A stretch of 64,000 bases of DNA, taken from assembly GCA_032718475.1 (NCBI GenBank), contig JAUCBJ010005732.1, forward strand, positions 11,892-75,891, given 5' to 3'. This stretch comes from Nemertoderma westbladi (taxonomy: Eukaryota > Animalia > Xenacoelomorpha). This document shows, piece by piece, positions 49,825 through 60,013 of the stretch. A program made the translations under genes and the position numbers. The notes below the pieces were generated by a model. The model was not told the DNA's origin. It was given only the letters and a program-made list of their open reading frames with translations, and searched no databases. Each line of letters opens with the position of its first letter. Position 1 is the stretch's first letter.

Positions 49825-50909
49825 TTATTGTACGTGATCAACCCACCGATGTGCCGCAAAACCAACAAATTTAACCAAATATTGCTTTTTGCCGCTTTTA
49901 TTTACTTTTTCTTTAATTATTTTTTCAATTGGTAGGAATTGAAATGGTTCTATTACCTTTTGGATTTCATGTCGATAAAATGTCCCCTTTATAACGCGCC
50001 CATTCGAGTCCGCAACTTCGTACATAGGGTACGGCTCTCGATCCAATCTTATTCTGTTCTCTACTGTATTTCTACTGTATAATTAGGTGTATAACCTTTG
50101 TCAAATGGCTTTCTAGCTAAACTCAGCCGCACCTTATCGCCAACCTTGAAATGAACTCGACGCTGCGCACGGCGTTTTCTTTTATTGGGATGACCCACAC
50201 TCCCATATAGTTTTAAAAATAGGTCAGTTTCATTCTTTTTATTGACAGAGTTTGGCGCCATACCAATGGTTCTATGTATTGAATTATTATATGCAACCAA
50301 TATTTTTGGCAATATACCCATCCATTCTCTATTCTGTCTCCTCGTGAAAATTCTGTACATGCGAGATTTGAGGGTGCGATTCAGCCTTTCACAGATACTA
50401 GCTTTAAATTGGCTAACTAAAGTATAAAAATGAACATTATTGTTCTGTAAGAAATCTTTCACTAATTTATTAACAAACTCAGTTCCTTGATCAATCGCTA
50501 GCCGTTTAGGTTTCCTATCTTCAAATATCGTGGCTAGGGCCCTTTTAATTTTGACCCCTGTTTTACGTTTTAGACCCAACGCCCACGCCTTCCGACTAAA
50601 ACAGTCAATACAAGTAAGTATGTAACCGTAGCCATTATTCTCACCCCTAAAAGGTTGCATATCACACAAATCCGCTTGGTATAGATCGCCAATACCGCCC
50701 GTGAAGATTTTTGATGTCGGGTAATGGCGCCTAGCCGGCGCGTGAAGGGAATACGTTCGTTGGGAGCTCAACCATTCCTTCGCGCGATTTCTCGTAACTT
50801 TAGCGGCTTTCGCTAGTTTGGTTACGCTCGCAAAACCGGCAGCATTTGAAACATCGTAATATATTCTTCCCAGTCGTTTGTTTGTTCGATTTTCTACGAT
50901 TCTCCCCAT
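49825..50909 (-). pseudogene. Retroviral-like (rve) integrase with C-terminal chromodomain-like tail, disrupted (Polinton A)
   Basis: QADLCDM, CIDCFSR, IDQGTEF, ERLNRTLK (D-D-E); stop at 50061 separates the tail G.FY..EIQKV...YLVKFVGF...WV. Confidence 0.9.
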
Positions 50910-51109
50910 CGGTTGTGTCGTGTCGTGGAAGAAAACACTTGCAATGACAGTTAATACTTAATATGAAACGTTCAAAAACATACTACTACTATTTTAATGT
51001 TATCCCGCGCTTTGTTTCCACACGTCGATTATTGTAGTCCTACGTATTGTTTCCACACGTCGACGCGTTTTGTGTTGGAAGGGGTCACACGGACCCTTTG
51101 CCGTTTCAA

Positions 51110-51490
51110 TCAACCACGACCAATTAATCGTTTTGGTATCCTTAATCGTTTTAATAACCCCAAAAATGTTGCTTGTCCTGGAATTATTTCGGTGTTTTTC
51201 TTATTTTTTTTTGTAGTCAGCAATTCAATCAAATGATCAATATTTGCTCCGGGTATAAGTTTATTTTCTATATAGAGTTTATTATTATCACTCCACCGTA
51301 CTCTGTCTCGCGAGAATCGCATCAAATAACTCAACAATCGTTTGGCTTTCTGGGATGAAATTGTCACACCATCTAGCGGTTGTATTATATTATTGCTTTT
51401 CTTATTATTATTATTATAAGTATCCGTTAATAAAGTAGAAACTAGATACAACTTCTTAAAATTTCCGAGGCTAATTTCGTTATTTTTCAT
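51110..51490 (-). CDS. Conserved Polinton protein of unknown function
   Basis: VRWSDNNKLYIENKLIPGANIDHLI...PGQATFL..L....IPKRLIG resembles a protein commonly encoded just upstream of Polinton integrases. Confidence 0.62.
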   Translation of the reverse strand: MKNNEISLGNFKKLYLVSTLLTDTYNNNNKKSNNIIQPLDGVTISSQKAKRLLSYLMRFSRDRVRWSDNNKLYIENKLIPGANIDHLIELLTTKKNKKNTEIIPGQATFLGLLKRLRIPKRLIGRG

Positions 51491-51611
51491 CGTTATATAT
51501 CATTATTAATATATTAATACTATATACTAGAGTTCACGTTCATGGACCGATAATAACCTAATTTTGGTGAAAGTCTAAACAAGGTGTGAAAATGGTTTTA
51601 GCGCTGCGTCG

Positions 51612-52322
51612 CTACTGTGGTATAGACTGAACCTCGGGGCGTTGGTGAGGTGTGTTAGAGTTCATATTCGCGGGTTGATAAACAGTTTGCCCTAATGGGT
51701 TGAAAATATCACCCCTAACTCTTATACTATCATCCGTTTTTTGATGAAAGTCTAAGAGAAGGTGTGTGAATGGTTTTTGTGTTGCGTCACTATATGCTTG
51801 AACAATAAAATTGCTATTTTTTGGGTACACTTGCCGCGCTATATAGCTTATTTGACTTGCGTCGCGGGGATTTTTTGTGAAAATACAATATTGGGCATTT
51901 AGACTTCTAGTCCGTGTTTTCGGCCCTTTACTGAAGAAATTTTGTGTTATATAGATAATGAAACAGGAAGTATGATGGCAGGTTTTTGTGAAGCTTTCTG
52001 TCAAACTTTCATCACTCTTACTTTCCCTTAACAAGTCGTCTATAATAATTAGATCGTTTTCGCAGAAAATAGAATTAATTTTTTGCGGTAAACCTTTGAA
52101 TAGATGTGTTATACCTGGGAATTCTGGTGGGGTGGCGCCATAAAAGAATAATACATGCTTCGGGGTTATATCAAAAACTAAATTTTTATTTTTTACAACT
52201 TTTGATACCAACACTGTTTTTCCGGAAGAACTTGGACCCGCAATAATCATGGCCAAACCCATCTTGAAAGAGGCGTCGTATGATGTGATTGGTTCCCACG
52301 ATATCGTCGGCTCTCGGGACAT
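51612..52322 (-). CDS. A32/FtsK-like DNA packaging ATPase (Polinton A)
   Basis: Walker A GPSSSGKT, Walker B LIIIDD, ITQN, KNPRD motifs. Confidence 0.92.
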   Translation of the reverse strand: MSREPTISWEPITSYDASFKMGLAMIIAGPSSSGKTVLVSKVVKNKNLVFDITPKHVLFFYGATPPEFPGITHLFKGLPQKINSIFCENDLIIIDDLLRESKSDESLTESFTKTCHHTSCFIIYITQNFFSKGPKTRTRSLNAQYCIFTKNPRDASQISYIARQVYPKNSNFIVQAYSDATQKPFTHLLLDFHQKTDDSIRVRGDIFNPLGQTVYQPANMNSNTPHQRPEVQSIPQ

Positions 52323-52339
52323 TGTTGATAGGTAGCCAC

Positions 52340-52804
52340 TCAGTAGATGGGAAACCTAGAAACTTGGCGGTTGACGCGTGTACCAGAGGTACTAGGTCTA
52401 TACCCCCGGCGGGATTGGGCTAATTTTCTGCCTCTTACAGCCGTTATTATGGGTGATATTTTCTGATAAGCGTTAAGCCCACTCATTAAACCAGAGATTA
52501 GTAGATTTATAAATCCGCCCCTTTGCACCAATTGTTTACGATAAATTCGAATGGGGTACTTGACTGCTTTTGGCTTTTTAGCGATCTCGCGTATTGTTTT
52601 TTTATGGCGTTTTAACCTCACGATTGTTTCCTCAGGAATTTTTACGTTACCATTTAATACATTTAGAATAATATTAATTAGAAAACTTATAAGTTCGTCG
52701 GTTCCACCGACGCGTAAGAAGGTTTTTCTACGGTTGAGGGAGGTGTTAGATAAGAACTTTAAATCCCCGTCAAATTGTTTAATTAAAGCTTTAAGTGATT
52801 TCAT
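52340..52804 (-). CDS. Small basic virion protein, adenovirus pX-like (Polinton A)
   Basis: NVLNGNV motif, basic middle, QRGG|FINLLISGLMSGL; homologous to 58071-58454. Confidence 0.68.
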   Translation of the reverse strand: MKSLKALIKQFDGDLKFLSNTSLNRRKTFLRVGGTDELISFLINIILNVLNGNVKIPEETIVRLKRHKKTIREIAKKPKAVKYPIRIYRKQLVQRGGFINLLISGLMSGLNAYQKISPIITAVRGRKLAQSRRGYRPSTSGTRVNRQVSRFPIY

Positions 52805-53241
52805 TACATATATTAATAACTTATATAAACGAGAACAATAATTGCAAGTAATAAAACACCACCACCGTTATAAATAGTATCGATTATATGCGTGGGTGGG
52901 GTTTTTCACGAGCAATTATAGAAACCACCACTCTTTAAAACCTAACATCAATAATAATTAATAAAATACATTATATAACGCGAACAATGAATTAATTTTG
53001 ACATACTGACAGATATACCAACAACCACATGCCAACATACCAACAAATAGACAGATAGACTAGTTTTATGTAAATATAAACCGACATCAGAAATGAAATT
53101 GATGCCCTTGACAACCTAAGACTAGCGATAAAACACGTTATATATAATACGAATAATGTTAATATCCGCGTTTATTTAAAAACCTAACGAGATCCCACCG
53201 GACAAACCTAAAACTGGCACCAGAAATGAAAAAATTAAATA

Positions 53242-53802
53242 TTAAATATTTCTACCTAAATGACTATCTAAATTACCAATAAAATTCAAAAACTTTGGAA
53301 AAAATTCTCGAAATATCCCAGGTCTTGCCATACACACAACATTTCGTGTGTAAAAAACGCAAAATGTTATGATATTAGAACTAGTTTTACCCCGACGATA
53401 AAACTGCACAAGAATATTATTAAATATCTCCGGTTCATATTTCACCTCCACATTATAATAATTATCTAAAAAATGAAACCCGACCGTTTTCATTAATTTG
53501 CTATAGTCTATGTCTAGATTGTTAATAATATAAGTTTGGCTATTGATTGAAATAAAAGTTAGTTTATAATCAGTATGCTTATATATATACTTAATAATTT
53601 TTTTTATTTTAGGCGATTTACCAAGTACAGTGACCTTACCGCTCGGGAAAAAGAGACACGTCCATCCGCAAATTTTGACGATATATTGAAAAGGCTTTAA
53701 GATGAGTTTTCCATTTCGAATTCGTTTAGCCAGCACATCGAATGATATGCACCCATCAACCAACCTCAAACTTATATTACTGTTGGCAACTCTAAAAGAC
53801 AT
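53242..53802 (-). CDS. TATA-binding-protein (TBP)-like protein encoded by Polinton A
   Basis: 186 aa, two-repeat layout: VANSNISLRL..ISFDVLAKRIRNG...TCLFFPSGKVTVLG (cf. TBP TALIFSSGKMVCTG) and KYEPEIFNNILVQF...FCVFYTRNVVCMA (cf. SYEPELFPGLIYRM...LLIFVSGKVVLTG); starts 9 nt after the polB stop. Confidence 0.78.
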   Translation of the reverse strand: MSFRVANSNISLRLVDGCISFDVLAKRIRNGKLILKPFQYIVKICGWTCLFFPSGKVTVLGKSPKIKKIIKYIYKHTDYKLTFISINSQTYIINNLDIDYSKLMKTVGFHFLDNYYNVEVKYEPEIFNNILVQFYRRGKTSSNIITFCVFYTRNVVCMARPGIFREFFPKFLNFIGNLDSHLGRNI

Positions 53803-53811
53803 CGCAATCCG

Positions 53812-55191
53812 CTATTCTATAATGGGCGGCATATAAAGCTTAGGGGCGGGCGCTTTACGATCCAAATGTGTTTTATAATGGCCGTAAGGTAGACTTTCAT
53901 TAGTCGATGTGTAGTACCTTTTATCTTCCCACAGTGTTAGCGATTTTTTTCTTTGTGAAACGGTGTATACTTTATGTAAATTAGATTGAAACCTTTGACT
54001 GTATTCGTAATGCTCGCTAACCTCGTTATATACTTTTAAATATGATTCGTGGGAGAGTTTCTTTTTTATAACCATTTTTCCTACGCCTTTAGCGGCGCGT
54101 TTTGGAACTGACCCCCCTCGAAAGCTATAACATTTTGGTCTAAGTAAAATAACCTGGTCAAACGGGATAGACTTCCCCTCATCCTTTAAATATCTATATT
54201 TCCCTTTCTGTTCTACTGTATACAACGGATGTGTAATAGGATAATTTGAACAGTCTAAAACTTTTTTTGATTGTAACGCAGATAAAAATTGGTGTTGGGA
54301 TAAACCGACGCACTGTAAAAAAAAAGAATCGGTGTCTCCACATAACAAATGTATTTTACAATTTAATTCGGCTTCCATGGGCTTTAACTTGTCGTAGAAA
54401 AAAGTGTAGTAATCTAACTTTGACAAGTCCAACACAGCTTGGCCTAAAAAAATAGGTTTATGCAAACAAACCGCAGTCTTATATAGGACGTGACCTGATA
54501 ATGAATCAGTGAACATAATTAAATTTTCGTGATTCGGTTTGGATAATAATAAGTCACATTTCTCGATTGAATTACATAAGCGAAATGAGACACGGTCCCG
54601 TATATTCTCCATGCTTTTCCCGAAAAGCGCGTTATTTGTTCCTTTGTGAAACTTATCATAAAAGTCATTGCTTGCTATTTTTCTTTGCTGGGTGTTATAT
54701 TCAATAAAATCCTTAAAAATGTAACCTTGCTTAAATCTAATAAGTTTATGAACTTTAATCAAGCGCATACCATGATGAATATAAAAGCGCAATAATTTTA
54801 GATGCACACCGTACTCATACTTATCAAATTGGGTTAACATCAATTTTTTTGCTGGGCTATTGAAAATTTTATCGCCATTATAATGTCGCCAAAGACTTTT
54901 CATGTGTGGACTGAGATACCTACTATCGAGTTTAACATGCTCCGGCGCAAATGGAAGCTCGGCTGTGGCATCATGAATAGTCATTGGGTATTCAAGGTCT
55001 ACAACTGCAAAGTATCCATATATTTTGTCAATTTCCAGACTCATGATATCGACACTATCAACATCCAACCATTCAAAGTCAGAATAAGGAAGTTTCTCCG
55101 ACAAAGAACCGCTATATAAACTGTTGAAATCTAAATTATATAAATGAGCTTCGGGTTTATTAGGGTCGTATGTTTCTGTGCCTGGTATATT
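53812..55191 (-). CDS. polB: Protein-primed family B DNA polymerase, C-terminal 460 codons (Polinton A); 5' part displaced
   Basis: Frame extends upstream of the computed ORF: NIPGTETYDP...LDFNSLY...; K..NNALFGK, CGDTDS, LRPKCY, KRAAKGV motifs. Confidence 0.93.
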   Translation of the reverse strand, partial: NIPGTETYDPNKPEAHLYNLDFNSLYSGSLSEKLPYSDFEWLDVDSVDIMSLEIDKIYGYFAVVDLEYPMTIHDATAELPFAPEHVKLDSRYLSPHMKSLWRHYNGDKIFNSPAKKLMLTQFDKYEYGVHLKLLRFYIHHGMRLIKVHKLIRFKQGYIFKDFIEYNTQQRKIASNDFYDKFHKGTNNALFGKSMENIRDRVSFRLCNSIEKCDLLLSKPNHENLIMFTDSLSGHVLYKTAVCLHKPIFLGQAVLDLSKLDYYTFFYDKLKPMEAELNCKIHLLCGDTDSFFLQCVGLSQHQFLSALQSKKVLDCSNYPITHPLYTVEQKGKYRYLKDEGKSIPFDQVILLRPKCYSFRGGSVPKRAAKGVGKMVIKKKLSHESYLKVYNEVSEHYEYSQRFQSNLHKVYTVSQRKKSLTLWEDKRYYTSTNESLPYGHYKTHLDRKAPAPKLYMPPIIE

Positions 55192-55820
55192 AGTAGTAGA
55201 TAAAGCATGGCCCTCGCAATAGTCCTCCCTAAGCCTGGGCTATGCACATTCCATTCGGAGGACTATTAAAAAATGCCAAATTCCGGTGCTAAATTGCGGT
55301 GAGCGCCACATCTGTTACCACCACCACCACCATCCATCCGCAGTTATTGCCGCCATCAACCAATCGTAGCGTAGCGTAGCCTAACTCGACTACTGACTAA
55401 CTAACCCTAATGTTATTCACATTTTCACCATGTCACCACCACCACCACCGCTGTATACTGTATACTGTATATGATGGCGACGTGGCCACCAACTACACGC
55501 ATATACCCCACCCAATATTATATCGATTGCCAACTCAACGACTGCTGTCGCCAAACCAACCAACCAACCAAGCAGCCTACCAGTCCAGCACTATGATACG
55601 TGAAATTCCGCCACGTTCCAGCTACACGTATACGAATTTTCACCACATCACCACCGCTGTATACTGTATATGATGGCGACGTGGCCACCAACTACTCGCA
55701 TCGCTTGTATATGATATTATATCGATTGCCAACTCCACTACTGATGTCGCCAAACCAACAAACCAGTATGATACATGCGCATGAAATTCCGCCTCGTTCC
55801 AGCTACGCGTATACGAACAC
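55192..55820 (+). repeat. Putative left terminal inverted repeat region of Polinton B
   Basis: (AGT)n start, 11-bp inverted repeat AATAGTCCTCC/GGAGGACTATT (55218-55267), (CAC)n tracts, imperfect duplication about 55442-55637 / 55648-55817. Partner TIR is outside the window. Confidence 0.6.
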
Positions 55821-56048
55821 ATTAGTGATTATTATTATTTACGCAATAATTTTTAATTAAACTGCATTTTCCCTCCTAGCTAATCAACCAATCAATAATC
55901 CGAATTTAGGCTATTTTTCAGTTTAAGACTTGTATTATTTTTGTTGATAATATCTTATATATAATCTCTTGCTTTAATCACAATTAATCATTTGTAATGG
56001 TTTTAGTTTAAAAAGTTTTTACTTTCTTTGTTTGATTTACAATAAAAT

Positions 56049-56520
56049 AAATTTAATAATGTCTTCTGATACCGATATGGTTATGCCAATAGTAAGGCAT
56101 TCATTTTTTGCAGAAGATGGTCAAGCCTATATTGTTATTGATCATACAATTTACCGTCAGGGAGATGATAAATATAAAATTGAGTTTTCTGAAAAAGCCA
56201 GGAAAGTTTTAAGCTCAATCGATATTAGTAGTGATATTGATGCTTCTGAAAATAGCATTCATCTCTTGGATTACACCCCGAAAGTTGTGCAAGAGGGAAA
56301 ATTAATCAACATCTTACTATTATCCATGATAGAGGGGTTTATTGTTATTACACAATACAATGAAGCTGGCGAAAAGTTTGAAATACGGCTAAATCGCCAT
56401 AGTCCCTACGAAATTATGTCTTTCTTTATTGTAATGATTTCAAAAGAATCCTTTGTCGAAACTGAAGAATCAACGGATAATTTTGAATACCGATACGATG
56501 ATAATATCATTGATTCATGA
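56049..56520 (+). CDS. Acidic hypothetical protein (Polinton B accessory)
   Basis: Intact ORF (first ATG near 56059), upstream TTATATATAA at ~55954; no recognisable motif. Confidence 0.5.
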
Positions 56521-56677
56521 CTATTCCCACTATATTATAAATATTTTATGCTTATATATAAAATTTTGATATTTTTAAATAATCGAAAATTGTAGTAGTA
56601 TTTGTATATACAGTATAACAGTTTTGTTTGTTGTGTATTGTGATGATTATTTTCAATTTACTTTAAAATTTGGAAAA

Positions 56678-57133
56678 ATGGATATGTTAAATGAAAAATG
56701 CCCAGTTTGCTATTCTAAGTTATTGCAACAACATCGAGATTATTATAAATGTGAAAATAAACATGCAACTTGCGTACAATGTATTGTACAATATTCCGAA
56801 ATGAATAATTATTGTTCTAAAATTTGTCCTATTTGTCGCGCATCCATATCTAAGTTTAATATAAAGTTAGCAAGTTACCAACCCTTTTATTGGAAAGAGC
56901 TTCGCAATATAACTTATATTTCCGCGAAAAGTAATGATCCAGGAGATTTATTTACAATATTGGAGAATATTTTTTATAGAAATGTTGTCCGAAGGTGTTG
57001 CTATTATATTCCTTATTTTTTTAGCGGCGAACATAAAAAAATCATTAGCGCGAAATTCTCGGGAAGTGATTTCCAAACCGCCGATGTTACCTATCATTAT
57101 TTAGCGTATAAAGATGCTCACCTCCATGCTTGA
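56678..57133 (+). CDS. RING-finger protein (putative E3 ubiquitin ligase; Polinton B accessory)
   Basis: CPVC...CENKHATCVQC...CPICR C3HC4-type spacing; upstream TTATATATAAAA at ~56552. Confidence 0.78.
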   Translation: MDMLNEKCPVCYSKLLQQHRDYYKCENKHATCVQCIVQYSEMNNYCSKICPICRASISKFNIKLASYQPFYWKELRNITYISAKSNDPGDLFTILENIFYRNVVRRCCYYIPYFFSGEHKKIISAKFSGSDFQTADVTYHYLAYKDAHLHA

Positions 57134-57352
57134 AATTACATCAGTCTATACGATAATTGGAAATAGCACCTTTTGCTGCAGCGAGCATCGCATACTGTAG
57201 TTGTGTTATATGTTAATTAAATATACAGTACTCTAATATTATTGTAGTTCCATCAATTATTGTTATATACATAGTAATGGTGATGGATTATTGATATTGA
57301 TATTGATATTATATTATATTGTATTGTTGATAAATCTTAATAATAATATTAA

Positions 57353-58033
57353 ATGGCTGACTTTAATTCAGGTCCATATAATTTAAACTTTCAAATGGGA
57401 ACGAGTATGATAATTTCAGGGCCATCTGGTTCCGGAAAATCAACTTTTGTAGGGAATTTAATTAAACACAAGAATGGTTGTTTCAACGAAGCCCCCTTGC
57501 GAGTATTGTATTGTTACGGGAGCAATCCACCGACTATTCCTGGTATTACTCACCTTTACAAAGGCTTGCCCGAAAATATAGATACTTTAGTGAATAGTCG
57601 AGATTTATTAATTATAGATGATTTATTAACAGAAACCGAGTCCAGCACAGCTTTAACTGTATTGTTTACTAAGGAAGCTCATCATTCCAATATATTTATT
57701 TGTTTTATAACGCAAAACATGTTTTACGGTGGGAAGCATAACCGCACAAGATCAATTAATAGCCATACTTTAGTATTAATGAAAAATCCAAGAGACAGCC
57801 TATCGGTTTTAAATTTCGCGAAGCAAATGTTACCAGGGCAGACCAAATTTTTAGTAGATTCCTATCGAGACGCAACTATTGATCCATTTTCACATTTCTT
57901 AATTGACTTACGTCAGGAAACACCCGAACATTTAAGATTTAGATCGGATATATTTCGTAATCATAATTGTTACATTAAAAATTACATTGACTATAAACGT
58001 AGCGAAAATAATAATAATAATAATAATAAATAA
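57353..58033 (+). CDS. A32/FtsK-like DNA packaging ATPase (Polinton B)
   Basis: GPSGSGKS, LLIIDD, ITQN, KNPRD. Confidence 0.93.
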   Translation: MADFNSGPYNLNFQMGTSMIISGPSGSGKSTFVGNLIKHKNGCFNEAPLRVLYCYGSNPPTIPGITHLYKGLPENIDTLVNSRDLLIIDDLLTETESSTALTVLFTKEAHHSNIFICFITQNMFYGGKHNRTRSINSHTLVLMKNPRDSLSVLNFAKQMLPGQTKFLVDSYRDATIDPFSHFLIDLRQETPEHLRFRSDIFRNHNCYIKNYIDYKRSENNNNNNNK

Positions 58034-58070
58034 TTAATATTTTGTAACAATTTTCAATAATGTTGCAAAA

Positions 58071-58454
58071 ATGAATAGACTTGTGCAGAAATATCGTAAC
58101 GAACTGGAATTTCTACGCAGCGCTACCCCTCAACAAAGAACTTATTTTATTAACCATACCGCGAGTAACGAATTAATACGACTCATTGTAAATACTGCAT
58201 TAAATGTTCTAAAAGGTAACGTACAATTGACCCCTCATTCATTTAGAAATATTCGCCGCTATAAGAAGGTATTGAAATCACTCAACCGTAAAACAAAAAA
58301 TATATCAAGTTACAGAAAAAAGTTAAGCAATCAATCTGGAGGTATACTACCCTTTCTAATACCCTTACTCGGCATTGGTGCAAAACTTGCCGCGAGTGCT
58401 GGCGCCGCTGCCGCTGGAGCGGCTATTGCGAAAAAAATTAACCGCGGACGGTAA
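58071..58454 (+). CDS. Small basic virion protein, adenovirus pX-like (Polinton B)
   Basis: LNVLKGNV, basic middle, QSGG|ILPFLIPLLGIGAKLAA resembling adenovirus pX GG|FLPALIPIIAAAIG. Confidence 0.72.
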   Translation: MNRLVQKYRNELEFLRSATPQQRTYFINHTASNELIRLIVNTALNVLKGNVQLTPHSFRNIRRYKKVLKSLNRKTKNISSYRKKLSNQSGGILPFLIPLLGIGAKLAASAGAAAAGAAIAKKINRGR

Positions 58455-58462
58455 TAATAATA

Positions 58463-58633
58463 ATGGTTAAAACGGACGTAACATTTAGAAAATTATATTT
58501 AGTATCGAGTAAACCGTTAGCTACTGATTTAAAACCACAAGATATACCTAGAGTAAATACTACAAAAAGAAAACCATTCAAAACATCAACTTCCAAGAAA
58601 ATAATTAAAAAATTTCAGTTGTTCTTACGGTGA
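58463..58633 (+). CDS. 56-aa basic ORF sharing its N-terminal motif with 51110-51490
   Basis: MVKTDVTFRKLYLVS... vs ...GNFKKLYLVS...; same position upstream of integrase; below the 60-aa cutoff of the ORF track. Confidence 0.5.
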   Translation: MVKTDVTFRKLYLVSSKPLATDLKPQDIPRVNTTKRKPFKTSTSKKIIKKFQLFLR

Positions 58634-58684
58634 TGCCCTTTATAAGAGATTTAAATATAGATATTACTTGCGGATGTCGAAAAG

Positions 58685-59773
58685 ATGCCCCGCAAGATGA
58701 AACCGATTTTAAGCCGAAGCTTAGACAAAAAACTGTCAAGAATTTATTTAGATCCTTCATCACCTGCGGGTTTTGCAAGTGTCGCAAAATTAGCAAAAGC
58801 TGCAAACATCAAACCAGCTCAAGCTCAGAAATGGTTGAGCGGGCAAAAGACATACACCCTTCACGCACCACGTAGGCATCATTATCCAACATCTAAAATA
58901 TTTACGGGTGGCTTAAAAGATATATATATGATAGATTTGGTGGATATGCAGCAATATAAATCGCAAAATAATAATTATAACTATATATTGACGTGTATTG
59001 ATGCCTTCAGCCGGCTTGCTTTTGCATATGGTATGAAAACAAAAACAGGTATTGAGATTATTAGTATATTGCAAAAAATATTCCAAAAGGGTAAACCAAA
59101 CAGAATCGCCACGGATCAAGGTTCTGAGTTTCTAAATAAATCTGTAAGAAAATATTTAGATACGTTAGGTATACAGTATTACGTAATGTACTCTGTGAAT
59201 AAGGCGGCTATTGTTGAGAGATTCAATCGCACATTAAAAACAAAGATGTTCAAAATTTTCACCCAACGAGGAAATAATGTTTGGATAAAAATTTTACCTA
59301 AGCTTATCTCAGCTTATAATAGGTCGTATCATAGGACTATACAAATGACGCCCATTGAAGTTAATAAATTTAATGAAACTGAATTAATGAATAGATTATA
59401 TGGGAAATATAGACAGATAAATCACAAGAAAATAAAATTTAAAGTTGGTGATACAGTACGATTATCTATTGCTCGCACTGCTTTTGCTAAAGGCTATCGT
59501 GAACAGTGGACACGAGAATTATTTATTATTCATCGTGTCAGGTTGGATAGAGTACCTGCGGTAATGTTCGATATTAAGGACAGCGCCGGAGCTATAATAA
59601 AGGGCTCATTTTATTCTCACGAACTCCAAAAGGTCCACCCGAATAGTAATATTTATCTTCCGATTGACAAAAATATTGGCAAACTTAAAGAACGTGTACG
59701 CAACGGGAAAAAAGAATATTTAGTCCGTTTCATCGGATCCAAGAAACAGTCTTGGGTGCAACACGTTCAATAA
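58685..59773 (+). CDS. Retroviral-like (rve) integrase with chromodomain-like tail (Polinton B)
   Basis: MIDLVDM, CIDAFSR, TDQGSEF, VERFNRTLK; C-terminal YLVRFIG...SWV; intact 362 aa. Confidence 0.94.
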   Translation: MPRKMKPILSRSLDKKLSRIYLDPSSPAGFASVAKLAKAANIKPAQAQKWLSGQKTYTLHAPRRHHYPTSKIFTGGLKDIYMIDLVDMQQYKSQNNNYNYILTCIDAFSRLAFAYGMKTKTGIEIISILQKIFQKGKPNRIATDQGSEFLNKSVRKYLDTLGIQYYVMYSVNKAAIVERFNRTLKTKMFKIFTQRGNNVWIKILPKLISAYNRSYHRTIQMTPIEVNKFNETELMNRLYGKYRQINHKKIKFKVGDTVRLSIARTAFAKGYREQWTRELFIIHRVRLDRVPAVMFDIKDSAGAIIKGSFYSHELQKVHPNSNIYLPIDKNIGKLKERVRNGKKEYLVRFIGSKKQSWVQHVQ

Positions 59774-60013
59774 GCTTAGGTTTATACTGTATATTAATTC
59801 ATTTTGCCCGCATATGACCGTAATCAATCAATATTAACTCGAATGATATTACTATATCTATAGTTCAACCGCTTTAAATAAAGTCAGTAAAATATTGATC
59901 TCTCGCATATACGGTAGAAGATGCGACGCTGAACGTGGTCACAGATGTCTATAATTTAACATTATACTGTATGTACAAAGGAGTCAAGTAGAGAGAGAGC
60001 TTAAATAATAATA

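Larger units (their letters stand above)
43358..55191 (-). mobile_element. Polinton/Maverick (adintovirus-like endogenous virus) element A, decayed, interrupted in polB
   Basis: Begins AGTAGTATG (Polinton-type terminus); carries protease, MCP, two minor capsids, integrase, packaging ATPase and pPolB, all on the minus strand; several genes have stops or frameshifts. Confidence 0.92.

Noticed and set aside
55200-55330. Helentron/HINE 5' end (subterminal inverted repeat plus microsatellite)
   Set aside because: No matching 3' end was found, and the AGTAGT start at the polB break fits a Polinton terminus better; not fully excluded.
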